Virus record (IMG/VR): IMGVR_UViG_3300010429_001737
Direction: 5' to 3' (one strand)
Length of the DNA: 44,640 bases
Origin: a virus
Taxonomy: Duplodnaviria; Heunggongvirae; Uroviricota; Caudoviricetes
Positions 34,836 to 44,121 of this stretch are shown here, piece by piece. Each line of letters opens with the position of its first letter. Position 1 is the first letter of the stretch. The translations under genes were made by a program, and so were the position numbers. Under the pieces are notes generated by a model. The model worked only from the letters and a program-made list of their open reading frames with translations. It searched no databases and was not told where the DNA came from.

Positions 34836-35007
34836 TCTAAATCATCAAGAACCCCTTTTATTCTCATTCTTAAATGTAAACAATCGTCTAATGTGGTTTG
34901 TTCAAAAGTTTGCTTACCGCCATAAACATCTGATACTAGGGTGTGCAAAAACATTAATTCTTGTTTGTTCAATGTTTTTCGGTTTCTAAAAAATCTAAAG
35001 TTAAATT

Positions 35008-35241
35008 TCATTTTTTAAGTTTTTTTATTTTGTTTAATTTCATAACCTTAACCTGCGCCTGCAATTTCTTTATTTTATCACTAGTTTTACCATGTAAAAA
35101 CTGTAATATATTTCTTTCTTTTGTGTCAGATGTTCTAACAGCCTTTTCTAACTCTTTTAAATATCTTTGTCGTTCCTTTATCTGCTTTTCAATACCCCAT
35201 ATGTTCATGTTCGTCCTCCATATTATCAAAATCACCGACAA
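35008..35241 (-). CDS. Basic coiled-coil protein
   Basis: Co-directional ORF; true start may be the internal MNIWG. Confidence 0.5.
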   Translation of the reverse strand: MSVILIIWRTNMNIWGIEKQIKERQRYLKELEKAVRTSDTKERNILQFLHGKTSDKIKKLQAQVKVMKLNKIKKLKK

Positions 35242-35345
35242 CTAACTTAACTAATATATGATAAGCATCAATTTTTGTTAATGATTCATATTTATAATCG
35301 TTTAATTTTTTCATTTTTGTTTTATGATATATTTTATTATACTTT

Positions 35346-35361
35346 CTAGTATATATACTTT
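35346..35361 (-). promoter_or_regulatory. Class A promoter (variant)
   Basis: AAAGTATATATACTAG; contains the palindrome AGTATATATACT. Confidence 0.7.
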
Positions 35362-35362
35362 T

Positions 35363-35569
35363 CTATGTGCAATGATTTCTTTTATCAAATAAGTCATTTG
35401 ACGAGGTATCTTCTCTGACATAGTAGTCTGGTCTTGTTGTAACTTTATGGTACCAAGCCCCGTCATAAAAAACACGACCTGTTTCACTATCACCAAGTCT
35501 TTCGACACGTATAACGCCTTCCGAAATCAATGCTTCAACTTCATCTTTTCTTAGTGTGTATTTTTTCAT
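35363..35569 (-). CDS. Hypothetical protein
   Basis: Co-directional ORF. Confidence 0.55.
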   Translation of the reverse strand: MKKYTLRKDEVEALISEGVIRVERLGDSETGRVFYDGAWYHKVTTRPDYYVREDTSSNDLFDKRNHCT

Positions 35570-36044
35570 TTTTCTTTAACCTTCTTAATTTTGCATCTTC
35601 TTTATCATAAATATCGTTACATTTTTTTGAACAAAAATATTTATCCATTCTTGGTTTAATCATTCCTCCATACATTAAACAATGACAGTCGTAATGATTA
35701 GTAGGTTTTTTACATATAAAGCATTTCTTGTCGTCTTTAATAAATCTTCTTACCCCCTCGAGTTCAAAATCTAAATCCTCTTTCTTCATTTTTTTCAGTC
35801 TTATCAACTCTTCTTTTGGAGTAAGACAGTCTTGTCTTGGGTCCATTTTAAAAGAGCATACCCATATAGCTTTCTTACATTTTCCACATCTAACACACAT
35901 CCAATCATTAAACCATCCCTCATGAAAATCAATAATTAAATTACTTACATATTTTTTACACTTTTTACAATAACTAAAACCTTTTTCGCGATATGGTATA
36001 TGCCAATAATCGACTTTACCGGTTATTGATGTATGTTCTGACAT
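35541..36044 (-). CDS. Multi-Zn-finger protein
   Basis: CKKC, CVRCGKC, CFIC, YFCSKKC. Confidence 0.65.
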   Translation of the reverse strand: MSEHTSITGKVDYWHIPYREKGFSYCKKCKKYVSNLIIDFHEGWFNDWMCVRCGKCKKAIWVCSFKMDPRQDCLTPKEELIRLKKMKKEDLDFELEGVRRFIKDDKKCFICKKPTNHYDCHCLMYGGMIKPRMDKYFCSKKCNDIYDKEDAKLRRLKKNEKIHTKKR

Positions 36045-36046
36045 TT

Positions 36047-36433
36047 TTATATTGCGTGTTGTAACGAAGCAAAATTTAATTGAGTAGCAACATCTAATAT
36101 CACGATTTCACTAATAAATCTATCATTTATATCTTTTTTAAATTTTTCGATTACAGTTTTAAAAACCTTAACCAGCGGCTCGCGAGCAAACTCATTACTA
36201 CTGATTTCTCCGCAGGCCACTCTAAATGAATCATCAAAATTATACTCGAAGTAACCTCTCTTTCTACCATCCAAGCATATTTGTGATATTGCTTGTTTAA
36301 ATCTCGTTATTTTTTCTTGTTTTTCAAATTCAGCACATACCGGACAAAAACCTCGGCCGTCGATTTCTGTAATAAAATTATCACATTTGACACAATTTAA
36401 TCTGTCACCATCCACATTATCATATTCACTCAT
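36047..36433 (-). CDS. Zn-ribbon-containing protein
   Basis: CVKC...FCPVC. Confidence 0.6.
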   Translation of the reverse strand: MSEYDNVDGDRLNCVKCDNFITEIDGRGFCPVCAEFEKQEKITRFKQAISQICLDGRKRGYFEYNFDDSFRVACGEISSNEFAREPLVKVFKTVIEKFKKDINDRFISEIVILDVATQLNFASLQHAI

Positions 36434-36642
36434 GCTCTCACCTTCCTATAAAACACTTCCATAGCTACAGAAACTTGTTTTTCATCATGTCTTAATAATC
36501 TATCAAAGAATTCTTCTGTTTCATCTACAACTTCTAATCTTGATGAACAACATAGTCTATTTCTTGCTTCTTTATATAAAGCTGCAAATCGAGTTGCCAT
36601 ATCATCTATTATTTCGGGCATTGTTCTATATGTTTCAGTCAT
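36430..36642 (-). CDS. Hypothetical protein
   Basis: ATGA-coupled ORF. Confidence 0.55.
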   Translation of the reverse strand: MTETYRTMPEIIDDMATRFAALYKEARNRLCCSSRLEVVDETEEFFDRLLRHDEKQVSVAMEVFYRKVRA

Positions 36643-36884
36643 AGTAATTTCGCTCCAAATTCTTCTTTGAATATTTTGTCTATTATTTCCTCTGTTTCTA
36701 CTAAAACAATAGATGGTAATCTATTTCTTCCTGATGCAGTCTTTAAACTTATCTTAGAAACCCCTTCTTTTAATCTTCCTTGTGCATTTTGGATATGTTG
36801 TTTTACATCTTTCTCTGCATAGTAATGAAATTCTCTGTCTCCACTCATTTGTTGGTCGCTTAGATTGTCAATTGTCATTTTCAA
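36639..36884 (-). CDS. Hypothetical protein
   Basis: ATGA-coupled ORF. Confidence 0.55.
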   Translation of the reverse strand: MKMTIDNLSDQQMSGDREFHYYAEKDVKQHIQNAQGRLKEGVSKISLKTASGRNRLPSIVLVETEEIIDKIFKEEFGAKLL

Positions 36885-37167
36885 TATCTCCCGGTGTAAG
36901 AATTTTTACACCAAATCGTTTTTCAATCTTTGCTTTATCTTTTATTAATGGGTTACATAAAGTTAAAAACCCATCCATCTTTTGACTAGAAACTAACATA
37001 GATAAATAATTAATAAAACTATCATTACCATATTCATCAAAATATTTTCCAATGTATTCATTAAATTCACTTAATTTTAAAATGTCATGATATAGAGCAA
37101 GACCTACTATTTTCTGTTTTTCTAATTCTATTTGTTTTTTTAAATCCGTCATTGTAAACTCCTGCAA
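36868..37167 (-). CDS. Hypothetical protein (non-ATG start)
   Basis: Co-directional ORF; start uncertain. Confidence 0.5.
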   Translation of the reverse strand: MQEFTMTDLKKQIELEKQKIVGLALYHDILKLSEFNEYIGKYFDEYGNDSFINYLSMLVSSQKMDGFLTLCNPLIKDKAKIEKRFGVKILTPGDIENDN

Positions 37168-37230
37168 GCTAAAAAGATAACTACACCTACAATTATCAAA
37201 ATACTTATTTCGAATACCTGAAATTTATCA

Positions 37231-37680
37231 CTATCTGTCATAATCAGATAACCTCCTCTGACCATGAGTGTTTTCTTTCTTTCTTTCTATTTTTTCAGGT
37301 CTTATAGAAGGACCTTCTATTTGCTTCATATCTAATAATGACACAAAGGTTTGTTCACCATGCAACCAATTAGCAGCAGGATGTGAATGTTCTTTATCTC
37401 TAAAATAACCCAGAGGACAAGAGAATTTTCGTATAGTTTTTTCTTGTGACTTATTAGTATATTCCCATGTTAAAATTAATGTATCAACTTTATAAATAAC
37501 CAATTTGTCGTAAATATTATCGTGAAGTCCATAAGCAAATTGACAACCTGACATTGCATATATTATTGATTGAGGCCCGCCGTGAACATTATGAGCAGTA
37601 GTTCGAAAAGTATTTCCAACTATTTGCCCAACAGCTTTATCGTCCATAATAACATATCCATTTTCTGTAACATTAATCAT
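37231..37680 (-). CDS. Hypothetical protein
   Basis: 149 aa co-directional ORF. Confidence 0.65.
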   Translation of the reverse strand: MINVTENGYVIMDDKAVGQIVGNTFRTTAHNVHGGPQSIIYAMSGCQFAYGLHDNIYDKLVIYKVDTLILTWEYTNKSQEKTIRKFSCPLGYFRDKEHSHPAANWLHGEQTFVSLLDMKQIEGPSIRPEKIERKKENTHGQRRLSDYDR

Positions 37681-38296
37681 TTTTTAAAATCTCCTTAAAT
37701 TTAAGTTTATATTCTTCTGTTTCTTTAATCCCACGTCTTAACACATAAGCGGGATGACATAACGAATAAACGTTATATCTTTCTTTTAATCCTGGTTCTA
37801 AGAAGTTTTTAGCGAACATTCCTAACAATATTATCTTTTTAGGTTTTATTACCTTGATTGCTCTTAATAAATACGGTGTGCATAAAATAACGTTATCCAT
37901 ATCAGGTTTTCCATTCATTGGTGGACTACAAAAACATACATTAGAAATAAAACATTCTTCCTTCCTTATATTATTATTCATCAAAATTTCTGACAATAAT
38001 TTTCCAGAAAATTTTGAAGTAAAGGGTTCACTTGTTATATTACCACCTGAACGAGAAGGCGCTTCACCTATTATTATAATACCATTACTGCCATCACCAT
38101 AACCAAAAACAACTTTTGCATCTGTATACATATTTTTTATATCTTCATTATTCATAACTTCTTCGTTGATTTTTGATAAAGTGTCAGCAGATTTGTCCCT
38201 CCCAATCGTCTCTTTCAGTGCGTGACCGTCAAGACGACTATTGTCCGATTTCACTCTGTCGGGTTTTGTCTGCTGACTATTAATATGTTTTGACAT
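37673..38296 (-). CDS. udg: Uracil-DNA glycosylase, family-4-like
   Basis: IIGEAP, FISNVCFCSPP.N.KP, CTPYL, IILLG, HPAY. Confidence 0.85.
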   Translation of the reverse strand: MSKHINSQQTKPDRVKSDNSRLDGHALKETIGRDKSADTLSKINEEVMNNEDIKNMYTDAKVVFGYGDGSNGIIIIGEAPSRSGGNITSEPFTSKFSGKLLSEILMNNNIRKEECFISNVCFCSPPMNGKPDMDNVILCTPYLLRAIKVIKPKKIILLGMFAKNFLEPGLKERYNVYSLCHPAYVLRRGIKETEEYKLKFKEILKND

Positions 38297-38655
38297 TATT
38301 CACTTACCTCGATTTTAATTTTTAATTCTTCGTTAAGATTATTAACGTCTAAAAATTCTTGAAACAAACTTTTTATGATTTCTAAATTATCTTCAAAAAC
38401 CTTTACAAGTATAACACCATCATAAAAGAAGATATCCTTAGTTAAAACTTCGTATTTATTTTTTTCTTTATCAATGAACCCTAATGTTGTTAAGATTGAA
38501 TAAAAAACACCTGATTTTTTTCTTTCGTCTTCGATTTCTTTCACGACTTGACAACTAACACTATATTTAGATTGTAGTTCATATCCACGTTCCGTAAGAA
38601 AATCACGAACCAATTTTCTTAACGTCATCTCATTAGTATTAATTTCTATTGACAT
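38296..38655 (-). CDS. Hypothetical protein
   Basis: Co-directional ORF. Confidence 0.6.
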   Translation of the reverse strand: MSIEINTNEMTLRKLVRDFLTERGYELQSKYSVSCQVVKEIEDERKKSGVFYSILTTLGFIDKEKNKYEVLTKDIFFYDGVILVKVFEDNLEIIKSLFQEFLDVNNLNEELKIKIEVSE

Positions 38656-38828
38656 AGCGCTAAAGCCTCCTTATTTTTTCTCTTTTTATAAAAAGTAGGA
38701 ATTCTATTATCCAACACAACTATACATTTAGAACATTGCATAGCTTCAAATTTACTACATTCTTCATATATCTCTGTTTCGTGTCCAAAATTAACTGCTA
38801 TTGTATTCATTTTAATTTGCACCTCCAA
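38646..38828 (-). CDS. Small hypothetical protein
   Basis: GGAGGTG inside the ORF start suggests the true start is at MNTIA. Confidence 0.5.
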   Translation of the reverse strand: MEVQIKMNTIAVNFGHETEIYEECSKFEAMQCSKCIVVLDNRIPTFYKKRKNKEALALCQ

Positions 38829-39297
38829 ACATCAATTGAGCCCAACTTTTCATATCAATGACCTTTTTCTTTAATGTCTCTAAATCATCTTCAATTATTT
38901 TGAACTCATAATTATATCCTTTTGTATTCTTTATTACCTTAAAACTGCTTTTTTCGTCATAGACAAATTTATCTTTTTCACTTGATTCATAAGACTCTTC
39001 GTTTTCTTTAATTACTTTATTTTGTGTTGTTTCTTTTGACAATGATTCTTGAACCTTTTTATTTAGAGCTTGCATGTCTCTTCCTTTAACATTAAATTCT
39101 CTCTCACCACCTTTTTCTTCAAACTTCGGAATTTCTGGGTGTTCGTCTATTTCTTGATTTTCTTTTGCCCATTTAATATAGTCATTTGGAATTTCTTTTA
39201 ATAATTTTCCCTTATGTTTACCAAAATTTATAACTTCTTCCCAATTCTCCGATGCAGCAGCTTGTACTAATTCTGAAATAGTATTAATCATCTTCAT
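38812..39297 (-). CDS. Protein with DUF3820/ExoX-C-terminal-like motif
   Basis: INFGKHKGKLLKEIPNDYIKW. Confidence 0.65.
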   Translation of the reverse strand: MKMINTISELVQAAASENWEEVINFGKHKGKLLKEIPNDYIKWAKENQEIDEHPEIPKFEEKGGEREFNVKGRDMQALNKKVQESLSKETTQNKVIKENEESYESSEKDKFVYDEKSSFKVIKNTKGYNYEFKIIEDDLETLKKKVIDMKSWAQLMFGGAN

Positions 39298-39550
39298 CCT
39301 CCTGTGAGTATTCCATTACACTTTCACTTCCACATATTGGGCAATAAACATCATCTTTTTCCATATCAAATATATGTTGACATGCAGCACATCTAAACGA
39401 GATAGTGTTTTCATTTATCTTATCTAATAATCTAATATCTAGTTTCAATGTATCACCATCTTTAATATGATATAAACTAGTGAAATGTTTGGGTAAAACT
39501 ATTGTCTGAGAAGATTTTCCCTGTTTTATTGATTTTGTAACGACTATCAT
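39284..39550 (-). CDS. AbrB-like swapped-hairpin plus Zn-ribbon regulator
   Basis: QGKSSQTIVLPK...IKDGDTL; CAAC...CPICG. Confidence 0.7.
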   Translation of the reverse strand: MIVVTKSIKQGKSSQTIVLPKHFTSLYHIKDGDTLKLDIRLLDKINENTISFRCAACQHIFDMEKDDVYCPICGSESVMEYSQEDEDD

Positions 39551-39858
39551 TTTACTACCTCTATAAGGAAAACATAATGTTTATCCTTTATTTCATCTAT
39601 AATAGGTTGTATGGCCCTAAAATCATCCTCTAAAATCCCACCTATGAAAAAATACTGCTTTTCTTTTATATCATAAGATATCGTATAAGGAGGTATACCC
39701 GTTCCTAGACCAAATAACCCCTTTCTAATTAATTTAGGGTGATTGTCAACATAAATGATTTTATACTTCGATTTTAGTTTATCTGACGCTTTGTTAAAAG
39801 ACTCTACTAGTCTATCGTATATGTCTTGTTCTACAAAGTTTTTTACTATTGTTTTCAT
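39547..39858 (-). CDS. Hypothetical protein
   Basis: ATGA-coupled ORF. Confidence 0.6.
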   Translation of the reverse strand: MKTIVKNFVEQDIYDRLVESFNKASDKLKSKYKIIYVDNHPKLIRKGLFGLGTGIPPYTISYDIKEKQYFFIGGILEDDFRAIQPIIDEIKDKHYVFLIEVVK

Positions 39859-39918
39859 TTTCCCTGTTTTATTAAGACTTTTTATAATAACTCTGAATAT
39901 GAATATATTTAATGATGA

Positions 39919-40188
39919 TTAATCTTCATCATTATTATCTATATTCTCATCTTCGTTATCATTTCTTAACATGCCTCGAAATTCCTTTTGTGTAAATTGC
40001 TTTAATTCACTTATACCAGAGCCATTCTCGATTTGTTTATCGATTTTCTTAAAAGCTGTTGCGATGTCGTTCACTGTTAATCTGACACTCTCTCTTGCTT
40101 CTTTGTTTTCTGGTAAGTTCTTTAACAATTCAGCATGCTGAAATGCTAATGCTTTACAACAAAGGGTTCGTCTTTTTTGTGCATCCAT
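39919..40188 (-). CDS. Hypothetical protein
   Basis: First gene after a class A promoter. Confidence 0.6.
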   Translation of the reverse strand: MDAQKRRTLCCKALAFQHAELLKNLPENKEARESVRLTVNDIATAFKKIDKQIENGSGISELKQFTQKEFRGMLRNDNEDENIDNNDED

Positions 40189-40229
40189 TTTATTTTTGTT
40201 TTTGTTTAGGTTATTATTTATAATACACC

Positions 40230-40245
40230 CTAGTATTTAAACTTT
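40230..40245 (-). promoter_or_regulatory. Class A promoter (variant TTTAAATACTAG)
   Basis: AAAGTTTAAATACTAG. Confidence 0.7.
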
Positions 40246-40480
40246 TCTATGAGTATATATTTTATATACTGGAGTCAGTATATATTTTATATACTAAATA
40301 GTTACAACATATCACTCCTTATGATTTACCCCATAAAAATCTTACTCATTTTTTCCCCTCATTTTTAACCCAATTTTTTTATAAATTTGGAAGAATTTTT
40401 GGGCAATTATAAAATATATTCAGCTCCACCATGCATGAGGGTTATGAGCAACAGAAATGATATTATTATATAATATGATA

Positions 40481-40724
40481 AAGCTCATTAAAAGATGATG
40501 AGACTAACAAAAATAAAAGAATACATTACAATTTTAGATATATAAAATATAATACAAATTTATGTAAGATAAAAAAAGATTATTTTTTATCAAAAATATT
40601 TAGGTAGAATGTATATCATATTTTATCTAAGATAAAGTAGATAAAATATGATATATTACACATCTCTACCCGTCGGCTCAAAGCGGTCAAAAACAGCTCA
40701 TTAAGCTCATTAAAAGATGATGAG
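40481..40724. repeat. 22-bp exact direct repeat pair
   Basis: AAGCTCATTAAAAGATGATGAG at 40481-40502 and 40703-40724. Confidence 0.9.
40612..40655. repeat. 18-bp perfect inverted repeat with 8-bp spacer
   Basis: TATATCATATTTTATCTA-AGATAAAG-TAGATAAAATATGATATA. Confidence 0.9.
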
Positions 40725-40809
40725 TGGTATACTTAATATTTAGCGATAAACTAGAGAGAGGTCTATGAGTCATGAAAACCTTTAAATACTAGGATGTATT
40801 ATATTATTT

Positions 40810-41784
40810 ATGAAACCTGAAACAATAGAACATATCAAGAATGCCATTAATAGGAATAAAGAGACAATTGAAAAAGTAAACACTCTGTTTTATGAAAAAG
40901 ACTTAAGAGACTGGTTTAAGAATAATTATAACTTATTAGGTATAGAGAGTTTAATTTTGATAAGAAGAATATCTGCCGATAGGCCGGATTTTAAAGTTCT
41001 AGTTAATGGTGAAGAAATCGACTTAGATTTAGTCTTTTATTCATCTAAAGTAATCGATTGTTTTGTAAATCATAAACAAGAACTAAATCTTGTATTATGT
41101 TGTGAAATTAATCATTTCAAAGAAACAACTATGCCTATAATATTAATACCATTGAAGCATGAAAATAGAAGAGCGATACGATTAAGAGAAAGAAAAGACA
41201 AACGAAAATCACTCAAGAATACAAATATATCGTTTTCAAAAAACTTAAAAGAATGGATAGAAGAGCTTTCGACACATAAAGGATTAAGTTCTCGTTTTGC
41301 TCTAAGACACTTACTAAAGGAATTAGAAGAATTACGAGAATTTAAAAGAAAATATAATTTTGATGATAGTTCTCAGGAGACACAAAGCCCACAAGCTATA
41401 TTAATCGACGGGGGTGCACTTACGCCGGTTTTAAGCGGGGACAAAACTCCCGAGGACACTTTATCTTTAACTAATAGTGGTATGGGTCTATCATCTGATG
41501 TTATAGCAGAAAAAATGAAAGATGATGGGTATCAGGTAATTACTGTTAGTGATGGAGAAACAAAAGAATATGAAGTTGAAAGAGAGAATCTAGTTTTGGA
41601 ATCTGCACGCGAAAGAGAAGTATTATGTATATGTGGCCATCCTCGAAAATCACATTGGAATGGAATGACTCCTGGATTAAAGGCCGGGGAATGTGGAGTA
41701 GATGGTTGTTCATGCAAAGAGTATATAGAAATAAAAGATGAGTGTGAAGTTGAAATGATGAATAATGGAGGTGAAAATGAATAG
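40810..41784 (+). CDS. Multidomain protein: nuclease-like N-terminus, RHH-like middle, C-terminal Zn finger
   Basis: RPDF...IDLDL; NISFSKNLKEWIEEL...GLSSRFALRHLL; CICGH..H...CGVDGCSC. Confidence 0.55.
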   Translation: MKPETIEHIKNAINRNKETIEKVNTLFYEKDLRDWFKNNYNLLGIESLILIRRISADRPDFKVLVNGEEIDLDLVFYSSKVIDCFVNHKQELNLVLCCEINHFKETTMPIILIPLKHENRRAIRLRERKDKRKSLKNTNISFSKNLKEWIEELSTHKGLSSRFALRHLLKELEELREFKRKYNFDDSSQETQSPQAILIDGGALTPVLSGDKTPEDTLSLTNSGMGLSSDVIAEKMKDDGYQVITVSDGETKEYEVERENLVLESAREREVLCICGHPRKSHWNGMTPGLKAGECGVDGCSCKEYIEIKDECEVEMMNNGGENE

Positions 41785-42043
41785 TAATAAAGCCAATACT
41801 TTTATAAGTAATAATAACTTCTTTAAAGAATTAAACTTTATGGAAGGTTTATTTTTGTTAATTAGCATTCTGGGCATAAGCGGAGTTATATGTTCTATTC
41901 TAAATATTCCATTAATCATCTTCACAACAATGTTGTTAGCGATAGGCATTATATTATTAATATATGGTTTAATAACTAAGAAGATTCGTTTCACGGATAG
42001 TAGTGTAACTAAAGAATTACATAACTCAAAACCTAAAAAATAA
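41777..42043 (+). CDS. Two-pass membrane protein (start revised from 41765)
   Basis: GGAGGTGA SD just before the ATG at 41777. Confidence 0.6.
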   Translation: MNSNKANTFISNNNFFKELNFMEGLFLLISILGISGVICSILNIPLIIFTTMLLAIGIILLIYGLITKKIRFTDSSVTKELHNSKPKK

Positions 42044-42054
42044 CAATCCAAGAA

Positions 42055-42070
42055 AACCTTTATATACTAG
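42055..42070 (+). promoter_or_regulatory. Class A promoter
   Basis: AACCTTTATATACTAG. Confidence 0.75.
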
Positions 42071-42114
42071 AAAGTATTACATAAAATGTCATAAATTCAA
42101 TCACATTCATAAAA

Positions 42115-42399
42115 ATGAAAAGAAAAATAGCTTATATAAATCGTTTAAGAGATAGTAAAGGTAGATTTACTTCTTTTAAGAATAAAATTAATAAGAAGTC
42201 TGTTGTTCATAATAAGACAACAAAGAGACCTGCTATTAAACCACCTGAATTAGATTGGGAAGGCACTGCTGATATGTATATTAATGAATGTGACAGATTA
42301 AAAAACAAAATGAATTGGATAGCATTAATTGCTTTTCTGGGTTCATTAGCAACATTCTGCTCTCTTTTAATCTTTTTAAGAGTCACAGGAGCTATATAA
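42115..42399 (+). CDS. Basic protein with C-terminal TM helix
   Basis: RDSKGRF motif near the N-terminus; hydrophobic C-terminus. Confidence 0.6.
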   Translation: MKRKIAYINRLRDSKGRFTSFKNKINKKSVVHNKTTKRPAIKPPELDWEGTADMYINECDRLKNKMNWIALIAFLGSLATFCSLLIFLRVTGAI

Positions 42400-42400
42400 A

Positions 42401-42763
42401 ATGAATTGGCAAATTGGACAATATTTATTATTTCCAACGAAGGTGGCAAAAATAACTAATGTTAAAGGTGACAAAGTTGCTTTAAGATGTTTAACTAAGG
42501 GCAATACGAAGAATGGCTATAGTTGGCAACAGAACGTAACTAAGAAACATTTAACTAAGCTATTTAATGAAGGCCATATGGCTTGTATCGGAACAGAAGA
42601 TATATTAAGATTCTTATTTAAAGAATATGTATTAAACAGAGAAGAAGCTACGAAAAGATTTTTGAAGAAAGAAAGCACAATCAAAAAAGTTATGAAATAT
42701 AGTAATCCAAAAAATACTGTACTGAAATTAAAATTGAAAGGAGGTAAGAAAAATGGAAAATAA
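42401..42763 (+). CDS. Hypothetical protein
   Basis: Co-directional ORF. Confidence 0.6.
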   Translation: MNWQIGQYLLFPTKVAKITNVKGDKVALRCLTKGNTKNGYSWQQNVTKKHLTKLFNEGHMACIGTEDILRFLFKEYVLNREEATKRFLKKESTIKKVMKYSNPKNTVLKLKLKGGKKNGK

Positions 42764-43646
42764 AAAAGAAGTTATTAAAACATCTTTACCCTTTAAGAGA
42801 GAAAGTGTGAAAATAACACCGGAGACCGTCAAAAAATATCAATTTATGCGTGACAGAAGAGATATTGGTACATCCTGGGTTAACGATTATAAGAAATTAT
42901 TAGGACAAGGAATAAATCTTTTTCGGGTAATCTCTATTAATCGAAGACAGACCGGCGATATTTTAATTGATGGTAATCATCGGATGGAGGCATTTGCTCA
43001 ATTATGTGAATCAAACCCAAATAAACGGTTCGAGTTTGAATGTGAACAAGAAGTTTATGATAACTTATCAGATGAAGAAATGAAGCAGAAGTTTGATGAA
43101 CTTAACGGTGGAAAAGTTGTTTCAATGAATAATATGTTACAAGTTCATTATAAAGATTTTCAATTTATTAAAAACTGCCAAGACTATGGTTTTCCTTGTA
43201 AGATAGTTGTATCTGACGTTGTGGAGGGTATCCAATTAAAAACTATTCTTTCTGCGTTTGCGGCGGCTCAGAAATGTGAAACCGGCAAATTCACACCTTA
43301 TACACTCGGAAAGCGTACTATTATTGGATTTGGAGCCAATTTACAATACCAAGATTATAAAAATATGAAAGAGTTTATAGAGTTTTTTATTCCTATTTTT
43401 GGTAAAATCAATAAAAACAACATGTACATAAGACCTCATGTTTTTGTTCCTTTGTTCCATATATTCATTGTTAACAGAATACATGAAAATGAACCAAATT
43501 TTACAAGTAGATTTAAACGTTTGGTTGGAGAGTCTATAATTTTGAATCATGCCAGTGGAGGAGGAGGTCGAATTCAGACTACTAGATGTCGAGATGATAT
43601 GATTCGTTTTTTAAATGTTGGATGTAGTAAGAATCTCTTTGTTTAA
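42753..43646 (+). CDS. ParB/Srx-like domain protein
   Basis: ILIDGNHRMEAF; GGAGGT SD. Confidence 0.65.
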   Translation: MENKKEVIKTSLPFKRESVKITPETVKKYQFMRDRRDIGTSWVNDYKKLLGQGINLFRVISINRRQTGDILIDGNHRMEAFAQLCESNPNKRFEFECEQEVYDNLSDEEMKQKFDELNGGKVVSMNNMLQVHYKDFQFIKNCQDYGFPCKIVVSDVVEGIQLKTILSAFAAAQKCETGKFTPYTLGKRTIIGFGANLQYQDYKNMKEFIEFFIPIFGKINKNNMYIRPHVFVPLFHIFIVNRIHENEPNFTSRFKRLVGESIILNHASGGGGRIQTTRCRDDMIRFLNVGCSKNLFV

Positions 43647-43653
43647 TATTACA

Positions 43654-44121
43654 ATGGTCAAAAAACAACAAGATAAAGTTGAAACTTTAAAAGAAAATGA
43701 TAAAGTTAGTCAACACTCTGAACCTTCGTTCAAAAAGCGCTTATTTAAGTTTACTTGTTTAAAACTCGGAGAAATTGCATTAGTTGTTTCTCTTGTTCTT
43801 CTTCTCCATTTTTCTTTTCTGTTCATAGCTAACATATCCGGGATATATGGGTCCAATAAATTTATGGATTCTAATGATATCTGTTCTTATACCGAATATT
43901 TTACTAATCAAAATAAAACCATTGTAAACAGTATTAGTAATAGCTATAGTCAAGCTTCGTGGACATCAACTCTGGAATGTGGTGGTGAAGAATTAATTAT
44001 GTATATTATGGTAATCGATATTCTAATTCCAATATTAATTTTGATATTTATCGGGCTATGTATATTATTAGCATATGGTCTTATGAAATGGATATTTTGG
44101 AACTGGGAGATGTCAAAATGA
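43654..44121 (+). CDS. Two-pass membrane protein (start revised from 43615)
   Basis: Two TM helices; start follows the previous stop. Confidence 0.6.
   Translation: MVKKQQDKVETLKENDKVSQHSEPSFKKRLFKFTCLKLGEIALVVSLVLLLHFSFLFIANISGIYGSNKFMDSNDICSYTEYFTNQNKTIVNSISNSYSQASWTSTLECGGEELIMYIMVIDILIPILILIFIGLCILLAYGLMKWIFWNWEMSK

Noticed and set aside
1122-39297. Numerous short plus-strand ORFs under minus-strand genes (for example 1122, 5162, 7627, 8330, 9565, 13842, 15866, 16578, 21047, 28415, 30397, 34567, 37854) and minus-strand ORFs under plus genes (41532, 41710, 42207, 43341)
   Set aside because: Antisense shadows with F/L/S/I-rich composition, no SD or promoter, fully overlapping better-supported genes
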